Below, one piece after another: positions 1 to 9,441 of a stretch of DNA of 37,589 nucleotides. Every line of letters starts with the position of its first letter. Position 1 is the first letter of the stretch. The DNA lies in contig JBEGVZ010000097.1 in assembly GCA_041178085.1 (NCBI GenBank), positions 1 through 37,589 on the forward strand, written 5' to 3'. A model generated the notes under the pieces. The model was not told where the DNA came from. It did no database searches and saw only the letters and a program-made list of their open reading frames with translations. The position numbers and the translations under genes were made by a program. Source of the stretch: Pseudomonadota bacterium (GTDB lineage Bacteria; Bdellovibrionota_B; Oligoflexia; Oligoflexales; RGVZ01).

Positions 1-2
1 GG

Positions 3-92
3 GACTTCCGTCGTGCCGCCTTGCGGCTCAACCTCGCCCTTGAAACCTCCTGCGCACCGTCGCGCGGGGGCCGGGTGAGGAGTCTGCGATGA
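3..92 (+). CDS. 3' end of an unidentified upstream CDS (partial)
   Basis: Open frame from the window edge (DFRRAALRLNLALETS...SLR*). Its TGA at 90-92 overlaps the next ATG (ATGA), typical of coupled genes. Confidence 0.5.
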   Translation, partial: DFRRAALRLNLALETSCAPSRGGRVRSLR

Positions 93-817
93 ACTTTTTG
101 GTGTGTTGTCTGTGCCGGCGCGATCCGCCGCTGGAATGGCGCGGCCTTTGTGCTGGCTGCGTTGAAAGAAGCGCTGAGCTCCGTGCTTCTGGCGACTGCT
201 CCGTGCGTGCAGGATTGTTCTTCTACGAAGGTGTCATCCGGGATCTGATCGTTCAGGCCAAGTCACGTGGCGATCCATGCAGCTTCATGGGGTGCTGGCA
301 ACTGTTCAGCGCCGACATTCGTACCAGCGATGCCGTTTATTGGGCGGACGTGGTCGCAGCTGTCCCGCCAAGTTTCTGGACCAGGATAAGGGGACGGCCG
401 CACTTGGGCTCCATGCTGGCAAACCAACTGGCACGGACTTACCGCAAGCGGTGGCTACAAATTGATTCGCGGGTATTTTGGCGCATTCGCAAGCAGGCCT
501 TGAAGACGGGGCGCCAACGCCGGGCACCATGGACCGCATCCAAAAGCGGCCATGATTCAAATTCAGCAAGCCCCTTTCGCGTGCGTTTGAATAAATCCTT
601 GCGCCGTCAGCCCTATCGCCATGTCTTGATCATCGACGACGTCATGACCACCGGTGTCACGGCAACCGCAATCGCGCGTGCGGTTGAAGAACAATTCGAG
701 CGTCACGGTGGTGAAGTCAAAGTTCGTGTGCTGTCACTGGCTCAAAGCGCCAAGGCGGATTTCACCGACTGCATCAGCTTGCCCCAGACCCGGGAATCGC
801 CTTCAGTCCAGGCGTGA
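89..817 (+). CDS. comF: ComF-family phosphoribosyltransferase-like protein
   Basis: N-terminal Cys pairs (CCLC, CAGC), PPS..R.RG segment, and C-terminal PRPP-binding motif VLIIDDVMTTGVT. Confidence 0.8.
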   Translation: MNFLVCCLCRRDPPLEWRGLCAGCVERSAELRASGDCSVRAGLFFYEGVIRDLIVQAKSRGDPCSFMGCWQLFSADIRTSDAVYWADVVAAVPPSFWTRIRGRPHLGSMLANQLARTYRKRWLQIDSRVFWRIRKQALKTGRQRRAPWTASKSGHDSNSASPFRVRLNKSLRRQPYRHVLIIDDVMTTGVTATAIARAVEEQFERHGGEVKVRVLSLAQSAKADFTDCISLPQTRESPSVQA

Positions 818-1473
818 CCGCGGAACGGGTTCATGGACCAGCCTTCGAACGTCAGGCGTTTATTGAAGTCGGCTTCGCGAATCTTGCCGGAGTGCAGGAA
901 GGTCGTTTCCGTCTGGTAGAAGTTATTCCACTGACCGGTTTTGGCTGCGATTTTTTTGAAGTCGGCTTTCAGGTCTTGCGGCGCTTCCGTGCAGCCAGGC
1001 CAGGGCTCAAAGCCCAGAACAGTGTGCCCAACGGTGGAGGCGCTGAAGGCGGCGGCATGGCAGTTTTCGACGCTGATCGGGTCGGACGTGGTCAGGACTT
1101 CAACCGGACGTTTCATGTGTAGCACGGCCTTCATTGCGGTCCAGCCGCCGTGGCTCTGGCCGATCAAAACCAGGGGGCGTCCTTCCGATTCCGCCTCGAT
1201 CCAGTCAAACAGTGTTTCAAGGTCCGACGACCCGTAGTCGGGGTGCGTGCCGCTGTTGTGGTCGAAGCGAGAAGAATAGACCGGAGAATTGCCGATCGCG
1301 TAGCAGGTTTCGATCGCAGGTACTTCCATACCTCCAAGCTCTTGGCTCAGGTTCTCGACAAATTCATGGATGACGCGAGAGGAAGGGATCTCTGAGGGGT
1401 GGCCGTTCATGAAGCAAGATCCAAAACCGCCAAAGAAAACCACGAGGGGCGCTACCGTTGCTGGGATAGGCAT
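742..1473 (-). CDS. Alpha/beta-hydrolase fold protein
   Basis: Nucleophile elbow LIGQSHGG, downstream SDP, C-terminal His (GHAW); GGAG RBS upstream. Confidence 0.7.
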   Translation of the reverse strand: MPIPATVAPLVVFFGGFGSCFMNGHPSEIPSSRVIHEFVENLSQELGGMEVPAIETCYAIGNSPVYSSRFDHNSGTHPDYGSSDLETLFDWIEAESEGRPLVLIGQSHGGWTAMKAVLHMKRPVEVLTTSDPISVENCHAAAFSASTVGHTVLGFEPWPGCTEAPQDLKADFKKIAAKTGQWNNFYQTETTFLHSGKIREADFNKRLTFEGWSMNPFRGHAWTEGDSRVWGKLMQSVKSALAL

Positions 1474-1575
1474 TCTGACTCCTGCTTACTTTTTGAACAG
1501 ACCGGGTCGGAGGATGCCAGAAGAGGGTCTGCTCGACAAGGTAAACCTCCTGTAGTTGCGGACAGTTGCGTCATA

Positions 1576-1692
1576 TTCTTGGTGTTTTCAGTGGGTTGCC
1601 CTCTTGAGCCAAAGTGGATTCAAACGCCTGACCCGTCGTACCGTATAAGAGTAGAGGGGTTTTTGCAGGCGCAGGCCCTTGGCCACCAGGAG
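1576..1692 (+). ncRNA. Candidate structured RNA (cis leader or small RNA) upstream of dps
   Basis: 1576-1584 pairs with 1684-1692 (9 bp, two G-U); internal hairpins 1604-1623 and 1625-1671; family not established. Confidence 0.3.
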
Positions 1693-1719
1693 CCCGTAAC
1701 TTCCAAAAGGGGAGCAGGC

Positions 1720-2190
1720 ATGAAAATCAACATTGGCATCAGTGAGCAACATCGTTCGGCGATCGCCGATGTGCTGGCGCGGGTGTTGGCAACAACCTAT
1801 TCCTTGCAATTGCAGACCCAGCATTCCCACTGGAACGTCAGAGGGCCGTTTTTTGACCAGCTTCACCTGTTGTTCCAGCGCCAGTACGAGGAACTGTCTG
1901 CCGCCGTGGACGTCCTTGCTGAACGCATCCGCGCACTTGGCCACGCTGCCCCCGGCAGCTTTGATGAGTTCAGCCGCCTGTCGGCCTTTAAGCAAAAACC
2001 TCAGTTGAAGAGTGCGGACGAGATGCTCGCCCTGCTGCTCGAGGGCCACGAGACGCTGGTTCAGCTTTGCAAACAGGGCATCGGTGTGGCCGAAGAGGGA
2101 TCTGACGAGGCAACCTCGGATATCCTGACCGAGCGTGTTGAGATCCACGGCAAGACGGCATGGATGCTGCGCGCGACTCTGGAAAAATAA
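1720..2190 (+). CDS. dps: DNA starvation/stationary-phase protection protein Dps
   Basis: HWNVRG.F..LH.LF..QY...D.LAERI ferroxidase signature and K.AWML end; ATG 1720 follows an AAGGGGAG RBS (the ORF-track start at 1399 is too long). Confidence 0.95.
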   Translation: MKINIGISEQHRSAIADVLARVLATTYSLQLQTQHSHWNVRGPFFDQLHLLFQRQYEELSAAVDVLAERIRALGHAAPGSFDEFSRLSAFKQKPQLKSADEMLALLLEGHETLVQLCKQGIGVAEEGSDEATSDILTERVEIHGKTAWMLRATLEK

Positions 2191-2198
2191 TGTACTAG

Positions 2199-2225
2199 AA
2201 TCCTCCGGACCAGATCCGGAGGGTT
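2199..2225 (+). promoter_or_regulatory. Hairpin that sequesters the acs ribosome-binding site
   Basis: AATCCTCCGGA-ccaga-TCCGGAGGGTT forms an 11-bp stem (one G-U); its 3' arm contains GGAGGG 5 nt before ATG 2229. Confidence 0.55.
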
Positions 2226-2228
2226 TCC

Positions 2229-4241
2229 ATGGCCGTCAAGAAAAAGACTTCTTCCCGCAAGACCAAATATGCGTCCGAGTCGACGGGGATCACCAGTTCC
2301 CTGAAGGAAACCCGCGTTTTTCCGCCGCCCCGCGAATTCGCAAGGCAGGCTCATGTCAAGAGCCTCGCCGCTTACGAAAAACTTTGGGAGCGTTCGGTTA
2401 AGAAGCCGGAATTGTTCTGGGGAGAACAAGCGCGCAAGTTGCTTGTGTGGAGCAAGCCTTTCAAGAAAGTTTTGCAATGGAAGGCGCCGCACGCGAAGTG
2501 GTTTGCGGGTGGAAAGCTCAATGTGAGCGTCAATTGCATCGATCGGCATGTCGATGCCGGCAAAGGCAACAAGGCAGCTTTGATCTGGGAAGGTGAGCCG
2601 GGCGACAGCCGGGTTCTGACATACCGCGATCTGCTGCGCGAAGTCAGTCGTTGTGCCAATAGCTTGCGTGAACTTGGCGTTTCGCCGGGTGACCGCGTCG
2701 CCATCTACATGCCTCTCATCCCCGAAACGATCATCGCCATGCTCGCCTGTGCGCGGATCGGAGCAATGCACTGTGTCGTGTTCGGCGGGTTTTCCAGTGA
2801 AGCCCTGGCAGACCGGATCAACGATTGCAGTGCTTCCGTCGTGATCACCGCCGACGGCGGTTTCCGCAAGGGTGCGGTTGTGCCGCTTAAAAACAACGTC
2901 GACGTCGCGTTGCAGCGTTGTCCCTCGGTTGAACACGTCCTGGTGGTGCGCCGGGCAAACCTTGCGCCCGGCAAGGAAGTTCAGATGGTTCCGGGGCGGG
3001 ACCACTGGTGGCATGACCACCTGAGCCGACAACCGTTGCACTGCAAGCCTTACGACGCCGATAGCGAGCATCCCTTGTTCCTGCTGTATACCTCTGGCAG
3101 CACAGGCAAGCCGAAAGGGATCCTGCACACAACGGCTGGCTACCTGCTTGGTACAACGCTTTCCGCACAGGTGGTGTTCGACCTGAAGGACTCGGACGTG
3201 TTTTGGTGCACCGCGGACACTGGGTGGGTTACTGGACATTCTTATCTTGCTTATGGCCCGCTCTCGAATGGCGCGACGATTGTCATGTATGAAGGTGCGC
3301 CCAATCATCCGGACTGGGGCCGGTTGTGGTCAATTGTCGAGAAACATGCCGTGTCGATCTTGTACACGGCTCCCACTGCGATCCGGGCATGCATCCGGGC
3401 TGGTGATTCATGGCCAGAGAAACATGACCTTTCTTCCCTGCGCCTTTTGGGGAGCGTCGGGGAACCGATCAATCCGGAAGCATGGATCTGGTACCACCAG
3501 GTGATCGGTGGCGGGCGCTGTCCCGTGGTCGATACGTGGTGGCAGACAGAAACAGGCGGCATCATGATTTCACCGATTCCAGGTGCGATTCCGCAGGTTC
3601 CCGGGTCGGCAACGCGACCCTTTTTCGGAGTACTTCCCGATATCGTGGACAAGGATGGCAAGCCGGTGCCTGATGGTGCTGGCGGTTTCCTGGTGATTCG
3701 CAAGCCTTGGCCCAGCATGCTGCGCACGATCTGGGGCGATGATGCCAGGTTCAAGCAGCAGTATTGGTCACAAGTTCCTGGGGTTTACTTTACGGGCGAT
3801 GGTGCACGCAGGGATAAAAAGGGCAACATTTGGATCATGGGCAGGATTGACGATGTCCTGAACGTGTCAGGGCACCGCTTGAGTACGATGGAAGTGGAAA
3901 GTGCCCTCGTGGCTCATGAGCAGGTTGCAGAGGCTGCGGTCGTCGGTCGTCCGGACGAACTGAAGGGGGAGGGGATTGTTGCCTTTGTGACCCTGCAGTC
4001 CGGATGCAAACCGGATGCGTCGTTGCAGGAGGCCTTGAAACGTCATGTCGCCGGTCAGATTGGGGCTCTCGCCCGGCCGGATGAGATTCGTTTTGCCGAT
4101 GCCCTGCCCAAGACCAGGTCTGGCAAGATCATGCGCAGACTCCTCCGTGACGTCGCTTCAGGTCGTGAATCCCGGCAGGATACCTCGACTTTGGAGGATC
4201 TAGGCGTCCTTGCAAGCCTTCGAACTGACAGCGAAGATTGA
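2229..4241 (+). CDS. acs: Acetyl-CoA synthetase (AMP-forming)
   Basis: [31 protein letters not shown] and [11 protein letters not shown] motifs; 670 aa. Confidence 0.97.
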   Translation: MAVKKKTSSRKTKYASESTGITSSLKETRVFPPPREFARQAHVKSLAAYEKLWERSVKKPELFWGEQARKLLVWSKPFKKVLQWKAPHAKWFAGGKLNVSVNCIDRHVDAGKGNKAALIWEGEPGDSRVLTYRDLLREVSRCANSLRELGVSPGDRVAIYMPLIPETIIAMLACARIGAMHCVVFGGFSSEALADRINDCSASVVITADGGFRKGAVVPLKNNVDVALQRCPSVEHVLVVRRANLAPGKEVQMVPGRDHWWHDHLSRQPLHCKPYDADSEHPLFLLYTSGSTGKPKGILHTTAGYLLGTTLSAQVVFDLKDSDVFWCTADTGWVTGHSYLAYGPLSNGATIVMYEGAPNHPDWGRLWSIVEKHAVSILYTAPTAIRACIRAGDSWPEKHDLSSLRLLGSVGEPINPEAWIWYHQVIGGGRCPVVDTWWQTETGGIMISPIPGAIPQVPGSATRPFFGVLPDIVDKDGKPVPDGAGGFLVIRKPWPSMLRTIWGDDARFKQQYWSQVPGVYFTGDGARRDKKGNIWIMGRIDDVLNVSGHRLSTMEVESALVAHEQVAEAAVVGRPDELKGEGIVAFVTLQSGCKPDASLQEALKRHVAGQIGALARPDEIRFADALPKTRSGKIMRRLLRDVASGRESRQDTSTLEDLGVLASLRTDSED

Positions 4242-4268
4242 GGGGGCGTCGCTCATCGCAGAAAATGC

Positions 4269-4296
4269 TAAGATTTGGTTTCAGCAATTCCGATAA
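4269..4296 (+). promoter_or_regulatory. Sigma28/FliA-like promoter candidate
   Basis: TAAG-N16-TCCGATAA upstream of the CDS at 4331 (consensus TAAA-N15/16-GCCGATAA). Confidence 0.35.
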
Positions 4297-4330
4297 GAAT
4301 CTGTTCTGAAACAATGCCGTAGGGGGGCCT

Positions 4331-6169
4331 GTGAACCTCAAGATTCAACCGGTTCGTATCCCTGGTCATCTTTGGGCTGCGCTGGCATTTTTGGCATGTG
4401 TGGCTTCTTCGCTATCTGGGTGTAAACGGCAGGCTGCGTCTCAGAAATCTTTCGTGGCCCTGAATGCCAGGGTTGCCGCCGGGGAAGCCCCTTCATTTGA
4501 TGCGGTCGCCCAGTGGTTTCAGGCGGCGGTGGATGCCAGCGGGGACCCTGAATCTGAGGCAATGTTGTCGACACCTCCGGAACTGCGCAACGGTCTTGTC
4601 GCTTATGTGCAACAGCAGGTGGCGCGCACCGGGGAGTTTCAGCGCAAGTTTGGTGATAAAGCCGCCCTGGCCAATTTGCTGGACCTTGAAACGCAGGAAA
4701 TGAAGGATATCGTGCTGGGTCTGGTAAAACCGGATTATCAGCCGGCAACGGATGATCTGTTCGCTCGATTGATTGTTCAGCCGGGGATCCGCGACTATGT
4801 CGACGCCGCTTCAGCCCCGACCCTTCAGAAAATCTTCCAGCGCCCGCTGAATGAGATCTACGGCGACATCGAGGTCGAACGGACTAACTACCTGAACGCA
4901 TTGAAGCGCCAGTATTTGAATGCCGCTGCCGGCACGGACCAACTTGGGCGTGATCTGGCCCGGAATTGTGCCAGCTTGATGGCTTTCCTGGCCAAGATGT
5001 CGGCAAGCCCTGCCGGCTCTGGCACCTGCTCCACTGGTACGGCAAAGGCCGGTGAAGGTCTGACGGGCGGGGCGCCCCGCTTCTTGATGCTTTTTGCAGG
5101 ATTGAACCGGGCAAAAGTGTTGAACGATGCGGCCCAGCGTGAGGGCGATCCTGTGCCAACGCCAACACCACAGCCGCAACAGCCAGTGGAGCAAGTCAGT
5201 CCGCATGCTCCCAAACTCAGTATTCTGAACGGCATCGGTCCGTCAAACCTTGGTGGTGGCGGTTCGCTGGGAACAAACTCTGCGGTTTGTCCCATGGGAT
5301 TCGTCGAGCGTAATGGAGGCTGTGAGCCAGCGTCTGATTCAGGGCCCTATTCGCTCGACAACAACTGGGCCGACGGCAGTGACGATGGCGGGTGGTTCAA
5401 CCTGGTCACTAAACGGCGCCAGGAATTGCCAAGACTTGGCAAGCCTGGTGTTGACTGCGTGGGCCTCGGGTATTCCGGAATGCGTCTGGTCAATTGCCAG
5501 CGTTACTTTGCTTATTTGCCGAAGTTCAGTGACATGCGTTCAAGGTCGGGCCGCAAATCGAACGGCGGCATGCGACTGGAATTGAACGGGCCTTCTGCAG
5601 GCTCAGCGGGTCAGGGCAGCACAGCCCTTCTCGTGTACGATGCCATGCCGGTTCAGAATCAGGGCCAGGAGGGGGCTTGCACTGCCTTTGGTTTCACTCA
5701 CACCACGATCGCAAACATGCAGCGGACAAAAAAAGGATACACCTTCGATGCCTGGGACCTTTGGAATCGTTACGGTCAGCCCTACATGCCATCGGCGGCA
5801 TCTGCGGCGCGCCAGGCCCCGCTTGGCGAAGCATATGTCAGGTCAATCCGTGAGCTCGGTGGCATCAACGAGATGATTGCCGTCCTCGACCAGCGGCGCG
5901 CCCTGTGGGCAGCATCAACGGTTGATGGATCCTGGCATTCGGCCGGCCGTGGCGGCGATTCCGTGTTGTCCTGTAACGGCTCGGGCGGGGGTCACTCATA
6001 CTCCTTGCAAGGATATGTGCGTGACAACAATGCGCCGGGCGGAGGATACTTTGTGGTGAAGAACTCCTGGGGACGCTGGTGGGGTGAAGACGGTTATGGC
6101 TACCAGCCTTTTGCCTGCGCAGCAGGGTCCGATGCAGAGGCTCACGATATCGATTTAGGGTGGAACTGA
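4331..6169 (+). CDS. Putative lipoprotein with C-terminal papain-like (C1) cysteine peptidase domain
   Basis: Lipobox LSGC; QNQGQEGACTAF (Gln/Cys), GGHSYSLQGY (His), KNSWGRWWGEDGYG (Asn); Pro/Gln linker. Confidence 0.85.
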   Translation: MNLKIQPVRIPGHLWAALAFLACVASSLSGCKRQAASQKSFVALNARVAAGEAPSFDAVAQWFQAAVDASGDPESEAMLSTPPELRNGLVAYVQQQVARTGEFQRKFGDKAALANLLDLETQEMKDIVLGLVKPDYQPATDDLFARLIVQPGIRDYVDAASAPTLQKIFQRPLNEIYGDIEVERTNYLNALKRQYLNAAAGTDQLGRDLARNCASLMAFLAKMSASPAGSGTCSTGTAKAGEGLTGGAPRFLMLFAGLNRAKVLNDAAQREGDPVPTPTPQPQQPVEQVSPHAPKLSILNGIGPSNLGGGGSLGTNSAVCPMGFVERNGGCEPASDSGPYSLDNNWADGSDDGGWFNLVTKRRQELPRLGKPGVDCVGLGYSGMRLVNCQRYFAYLPKFSDMRSRSGRKSNGGMRLELNGPSAGSAGQGSTALLVYDAMPVQNQGQEGACTAFGFTHTTIANMQRTKKGYTFDAWDLWNRYGQPYMPSAASAARQAPLGEAYVRSIRELGGINEMIAVLDQRRALWAASTVDGSWHSAGRGGDSVLSCNGSGGGHSYSLQGYVRDNNAPGGGYFVVKNSWGRWWGEDGYGYQPFACAAGSDAEAHDIDLGWN

Positions 6170-6182
6170 GCGGAGGACGGAG

Positions 6183-6557
6183 ATGGCAAGGATGCTTGAG
6201 GGCTCAAGGACGGGTGGTCGATCGCGGCAATTCATGGCTCTGCCATTTGCGGCCATTGGCCTGGCCGGACCTGCGCTCGCGGGAGAAACCATTTATATCA
6301 AGCCTGGCCAGTGTTTGATGGTTGGCTCGCAACAAGTATGTGCGACCGGCTCGGACGCGGCTGCCAGCCCGGGAGAGGTCACTTACGCTTGCCGTTTTGC
6401 GGAACATCGCGGTGGTGACCTGCCGGGTTACAAGACCTACGGATTGATCAAGCTGACAACCGGCACGAACGGCAAGGTAACCGAAACCCTGATCAAGGAC
6501 TTCGGCCTCAAAGGCAAGGACAAGTGCGATGAAGCAGCCGCCGATCGCAAGAAGTGA
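6183..6557 (+). CDS. Small exported hypothetical protein
   Basis: GGAGG RBS, signal peptide ending ALA, four Cys, operon-like spacing. Confidence 0.7.
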   Translation: MARMLEGSRTGGRSRQFMALPFAAIGLAGPALAGETIYIKPGQCLMVGSQQVCATGSDAAASPGEVTYACRFAEHRGGDLPGYKTYGLIKLTTGTNGKVTETLIKDFGLKGKDKCDEAAADRKK

Positions 6558-8187
6558 TCGCGTCGTAACATTTTTGCTCTTCGCGTTGGCGTGGTCCCCG
6601 GTCGTAAAAGCGGGACCGGAAAATCTGCTTATTGAACGCAATGCCCGCCCCCTTCTTGCGGAAGGATCCATGGAAGCCCTTGGCCCGTGGGAGACTCCGC
6701 TGGAGGGTTTTTTCGTTCGCAGTCACCATAATGTGTTACCGGCTCTGGTCGACGATTCCTGGGCGGTTTCCTTTGAGGGGCTGCTCAAGCGGCCAAAAAA
6801 GTTTCAGATTCGTGACTTGAAGAAATTCAAGCAGGTTTCCTTTCACGCGGTTCTCGAGTGTTCGGGAAACGGTCGCGCGCTTTTTACCCCCCAGGTCGGC
6901 GGCATCCAGTGGAAGCGCGGCGCGGTGGGCAATGCTGAATGGGCCGGAGTCAAGCTTGCCGATGTCATCAAAGACCTTGGCGTCAACCCGGACGCTGCTT
7001 TCGTCACCGCAGAAGGTTTCGATGAGCCTGTGATGCAAAGCGACGCAAAGTTCGTCCGTTCCATCCCGCTCAAACTTCTCCTTGAGACTGAGTCGATCCT
7101 TGCGTTTGCCATGAATCGTCAACCTTTGCCAGTTGCTCACGGTGGCCCTGTACGCCTCGTCATGCCCGGGATTTATGGTCAGAACTGGGTCAAGTGGGTT
7201 AACCGGCTTTCGTTCTCGAAGGAACCGGATCACAGGATGTACGCCAAGAAGGCCTACCGGATGCCAGAAAAGCCAGTGCAGCCCGGTGAAGCCTGGGATC
7301 CGGTGAAGAACGGAAAGCCGGTGGAGTACATAAAAGTGCAAACAATCTTCACTTCGCCAGCGAACGGCCAGGCTGTGGCACCTGGTCAAGTCACACTGAG
7401 GGGCAAGGCTTTTTCCGGTGCCGGGCCGATCACGAAGGTTGAGGTATCGACGGATAATGGCAAATCCTGGAAAGATGCAAAGCTTGGAGCCCCCAGGGAT
7501 TATGCGTGGCAGGAGTTTGAAGCCAGTCTTGAGGTCAAGGAGGGAAGATCTTACGAAGCCCTGGCCAGGGCCACCGACGCCAAGGGGAATGTCCAACCTA
7601 TGACTCAAGAGTGGAACCCTAAAGGTTATCTGTACAACGCGGTGGACCGCATTTCATTCAAAGGCGATAGCAAGGGAGCTCTGCTTGCAGAAGGAGAATC
7701 CCTTGCATCGGAGCATTGCCTGACTTGTCATTCGCTCGGGATTGCGACCGGCCAGCGGCTGGAATTGAAAGAGTGGAAAAAAACTGTCCGGAAGATGTCG
7801 GATTACGGCCTTGTTTTGAGCGATGACGTTGCGGACAAGATTGCGGGTTATTTTGCCTCAAAATATCCGCCCGGCACTCTGGTGGATGATTCGGACCGTG
7901 TCGAAATTTCCGCAAATCCGTCGACCCTCGTCAAAGGCGTTCAGAAGTCGGGCGATGCAAGACGAGGTAAAATGTTGTTTGCACAGCACTGTGCCGCCTG
8001 TCATCAGAACGCCAGCAAGGATGTGCGAAGGGTCGGCCCCTTGCTGCATGGACGCATGATCACGGATGCTGTTTTTTGGTCGACCGTCATGAACGGGAAG
8101 CGGACCATGCCGCCGTTCAAGGACGTTCTTTCGTCCGTGCAGATGGCCGACATCAGGACATGGTTGCAAAAGCCTTCTGCAAAATGA
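6529..8187 (+). CDS. Sulfite oxidase family molybdoenzyme (SorA/SoxC-like) fused to two c-type cytochrome domains
   Basis: FFVRSH, ECSGNGR (Mo-ligand Cys), HGGPVRLVMPG..G..WVKW, dimerisation domain ending WNPKGY; CLTCH at 7717-7731 and CAACH at 7990-8004. Confidence 0.9.
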   Translation: MKQPPIARSDRVVTFLLFALAWSPVVKAGPENLLIERNARPLLAEGSMEALGPWETPLEGFFVRSHHNVLPALVDDSWAVSFEGLLKRPKKFQIRDLKKFKQVSFHAVLECSGNGRALFTPQVGGIQWKRGAVGNAEWAGVKLADVIKDLGVNPDAAFVTAEGFDEPVMQSDAKFVRSIPLKLLLETESILAFAMNRQPLPVAHGGPVRLVMPGIYGQNWVKWVNRLSFSKEPDHRMYAKKAYRMPEKPVQPGEAWDPVKNGKPVEYIKVQTIFTSPANGQAVAPGQVTLRGKAFSGAGPITKVEVSTDNGKSWKDAKLGAPRDYAWQEFEASLEVKEGRSYEALARATDAKGNVQPMTQEWNPKGYLYNAVDRISFKGDSKGALLAEGESLASEHCLTCHSLGIATGQRLELKEWKKTVRKMSDYGLVLSDDVADKIAGYFASKYPPGTLVDDSDRVEISANPSTLVKGVQKSGDARRGKMLFAQHCAACHQNASKDVRRVGPLLHGRMITDAVFWSTVMNGKRTMPPFKDVLSSVQMADIRTWLQKPSAK

Positions 8188-8232
8188 GCCTTAATTTTTG
8201 TTTCTGAACGCTTCGATTTGGAGGATTTGGTC

Positions 8233-8835
8233 ATGAAGGGTTCCGCTTTTGCATCGATATTAATTGGAGTGTTCCTTGGTTCTGCCCTCACCGGATGCGG
8301 TTGGCAGGCGATTCCTCAGGCGAACAATGCCGTGGAGGCGGCAGGAGCTGAAGTTGTGAACCAATACAAGCGCCGGTTGGACTTGATTCCCAACCTCGTG
8401 CAGACGGTTCAGGGTTACGCCAAGCACGAGGCCAAGACACTGCAGGATGTGACGGAGGCCCGGGCCAAGGCGACTAGCGTATCGATTGATCCGTCAAAAA
8501 TGAGTGCCCAGAAGCTTGCCGAATTTCAGGCTGCGCAAGGGGCGTTGAGCCAGGCGCTTGGACGACTCATGGTCATCTCGGAGAATTATCCGGACCTCAA
8601 GGCCAATGCGAATTTCCGGGACTTGCAGGCTCAGCTTGAAGGGACTGAGAACCGGATCACGGTAGCCCGGCAGCGGCACATCGAGGCGATCAAGGAATAC
8701 AACAACCTGATCACCGTGCCGCCCTATAGTTGGACCAACAGCTTGTTTTATCACTTCGAGAAGATGCCTCAGTGGGACGTTTCAGCTGCCGAAAAACCGG
8801 CTGTCGAGTCCCCGCCCAAGGTGGAATTCAAGTAA
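8233..8835 (+). CDS. lemA: LemA family protein
   Basis: YKRRLDLIPNLV, ENYPDLKAN.NF..LQ.QLEGTENRI.VAR; lipobox LTGC; GGAGG RBS. Confidence 0.95.
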   Translation: MKGSAFASILIGVFLGSALTGCGWQAIPQANNAVEAAGAEVVNQYKRRLDLIPNLVQTVQGYAKHEAKTLQDVTEARAKATSVSIDPSKMSAQKLAEFQAAQGALSQALGRLMVISENYPDLKANANFRDLQAQLEGTENRITVARQRHIEAIKEYNNLITVPPYSWTNSLFYHFEKMPQWDVSAAEKPAVESPPKVEFK

Positions 8836-8874
8836 AAAAAGGGCTCGCGTTCATAGGCATCCTTTGTCGGACAC

Positions 8875-9276
8875 TCATGGCACTTCTAGCAACCGGAAGT
8901 GTCTGCTGACAGCGTCGATCACCTGCTGGTCATCGACGAAGCTTTTTTCATTTGAGAAGTCCGGGATTTCATCCGTTTCCTTGACCAGATAATCGATCGC
9001 AGCCAGGACGTGCGGCACAAACGCCGCACCCGGGTTTGCTTTGGCCTGAGTGAAAAGGCGCTGGGCTGCAGTCAGTAACTGGCGTGCTTTGCGGGCACCG
9101 GGTGCCGATGAATGCTCCGCAACCCGCAAGCGGGTTTCGAAAGTGATCAATCCACTTTCGACGCGACGAAACGCTTCGTCACGAAAAAGAATCGGGCGCA
9201 GCAGACCCTCAAAAGCGTCGCGGACGGATTTGTTGAGTTCGTAGGGGATGATGGGGTCCGGGGTTGTTAATGCCAT
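8875..9276 (-). CDS. DUF1232/YkvA-like protein
   Basis: AAIDYLV...DEIPDF.....VDD resembles the YkvA Y....D.IPD.....DD motif; GAGGA RBS. Confidence 0.6.
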   Translation of the reverse strand: MALTTPDPIIPYELNKSVRDAFEGLLRPILFRDEAFRRVESGLITFETRLRVAEHSSAPGARKARQLLTAAQRLFTQAKANPGAAFVPHVLAAIDYLVKETDEIPDFSNEKSFVDDQQVIDAVSRHFRLLEVP

Positions 9277-9441
9277 TCTGTTCCTCGGTGGGGATATTCT
9301 GCTCTGTGGTGAATTTGCTACTCCGCGGCTGCGGCGTCAATTGGCATCGCTGCTGCATCCTCCTTTAAGCTCTCGAGAAAAAAGGTCTTGACGAGTCCGC
9401 CATTGTGCGGGGATAAAGTTGGAAAATTTCGGAGGAATTCC

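Noticed and set aside
1399..1719. 107-aa N-terminal extension of Dps in the ORF track
   Set aside because: Overlaps the divergent hydrolase gene; ATG 1720 has a strong RBS and gives a normal-length Dps
2061..3308. 415-aa antisense ORF and many similar shadow ORFs (e.g. 6736-7608, 15134-16021, 24278-25063, 34477-35256)
   Set aside because: They lie opposite well-supported genes, lack motifs and are expected in GC-rich DNA
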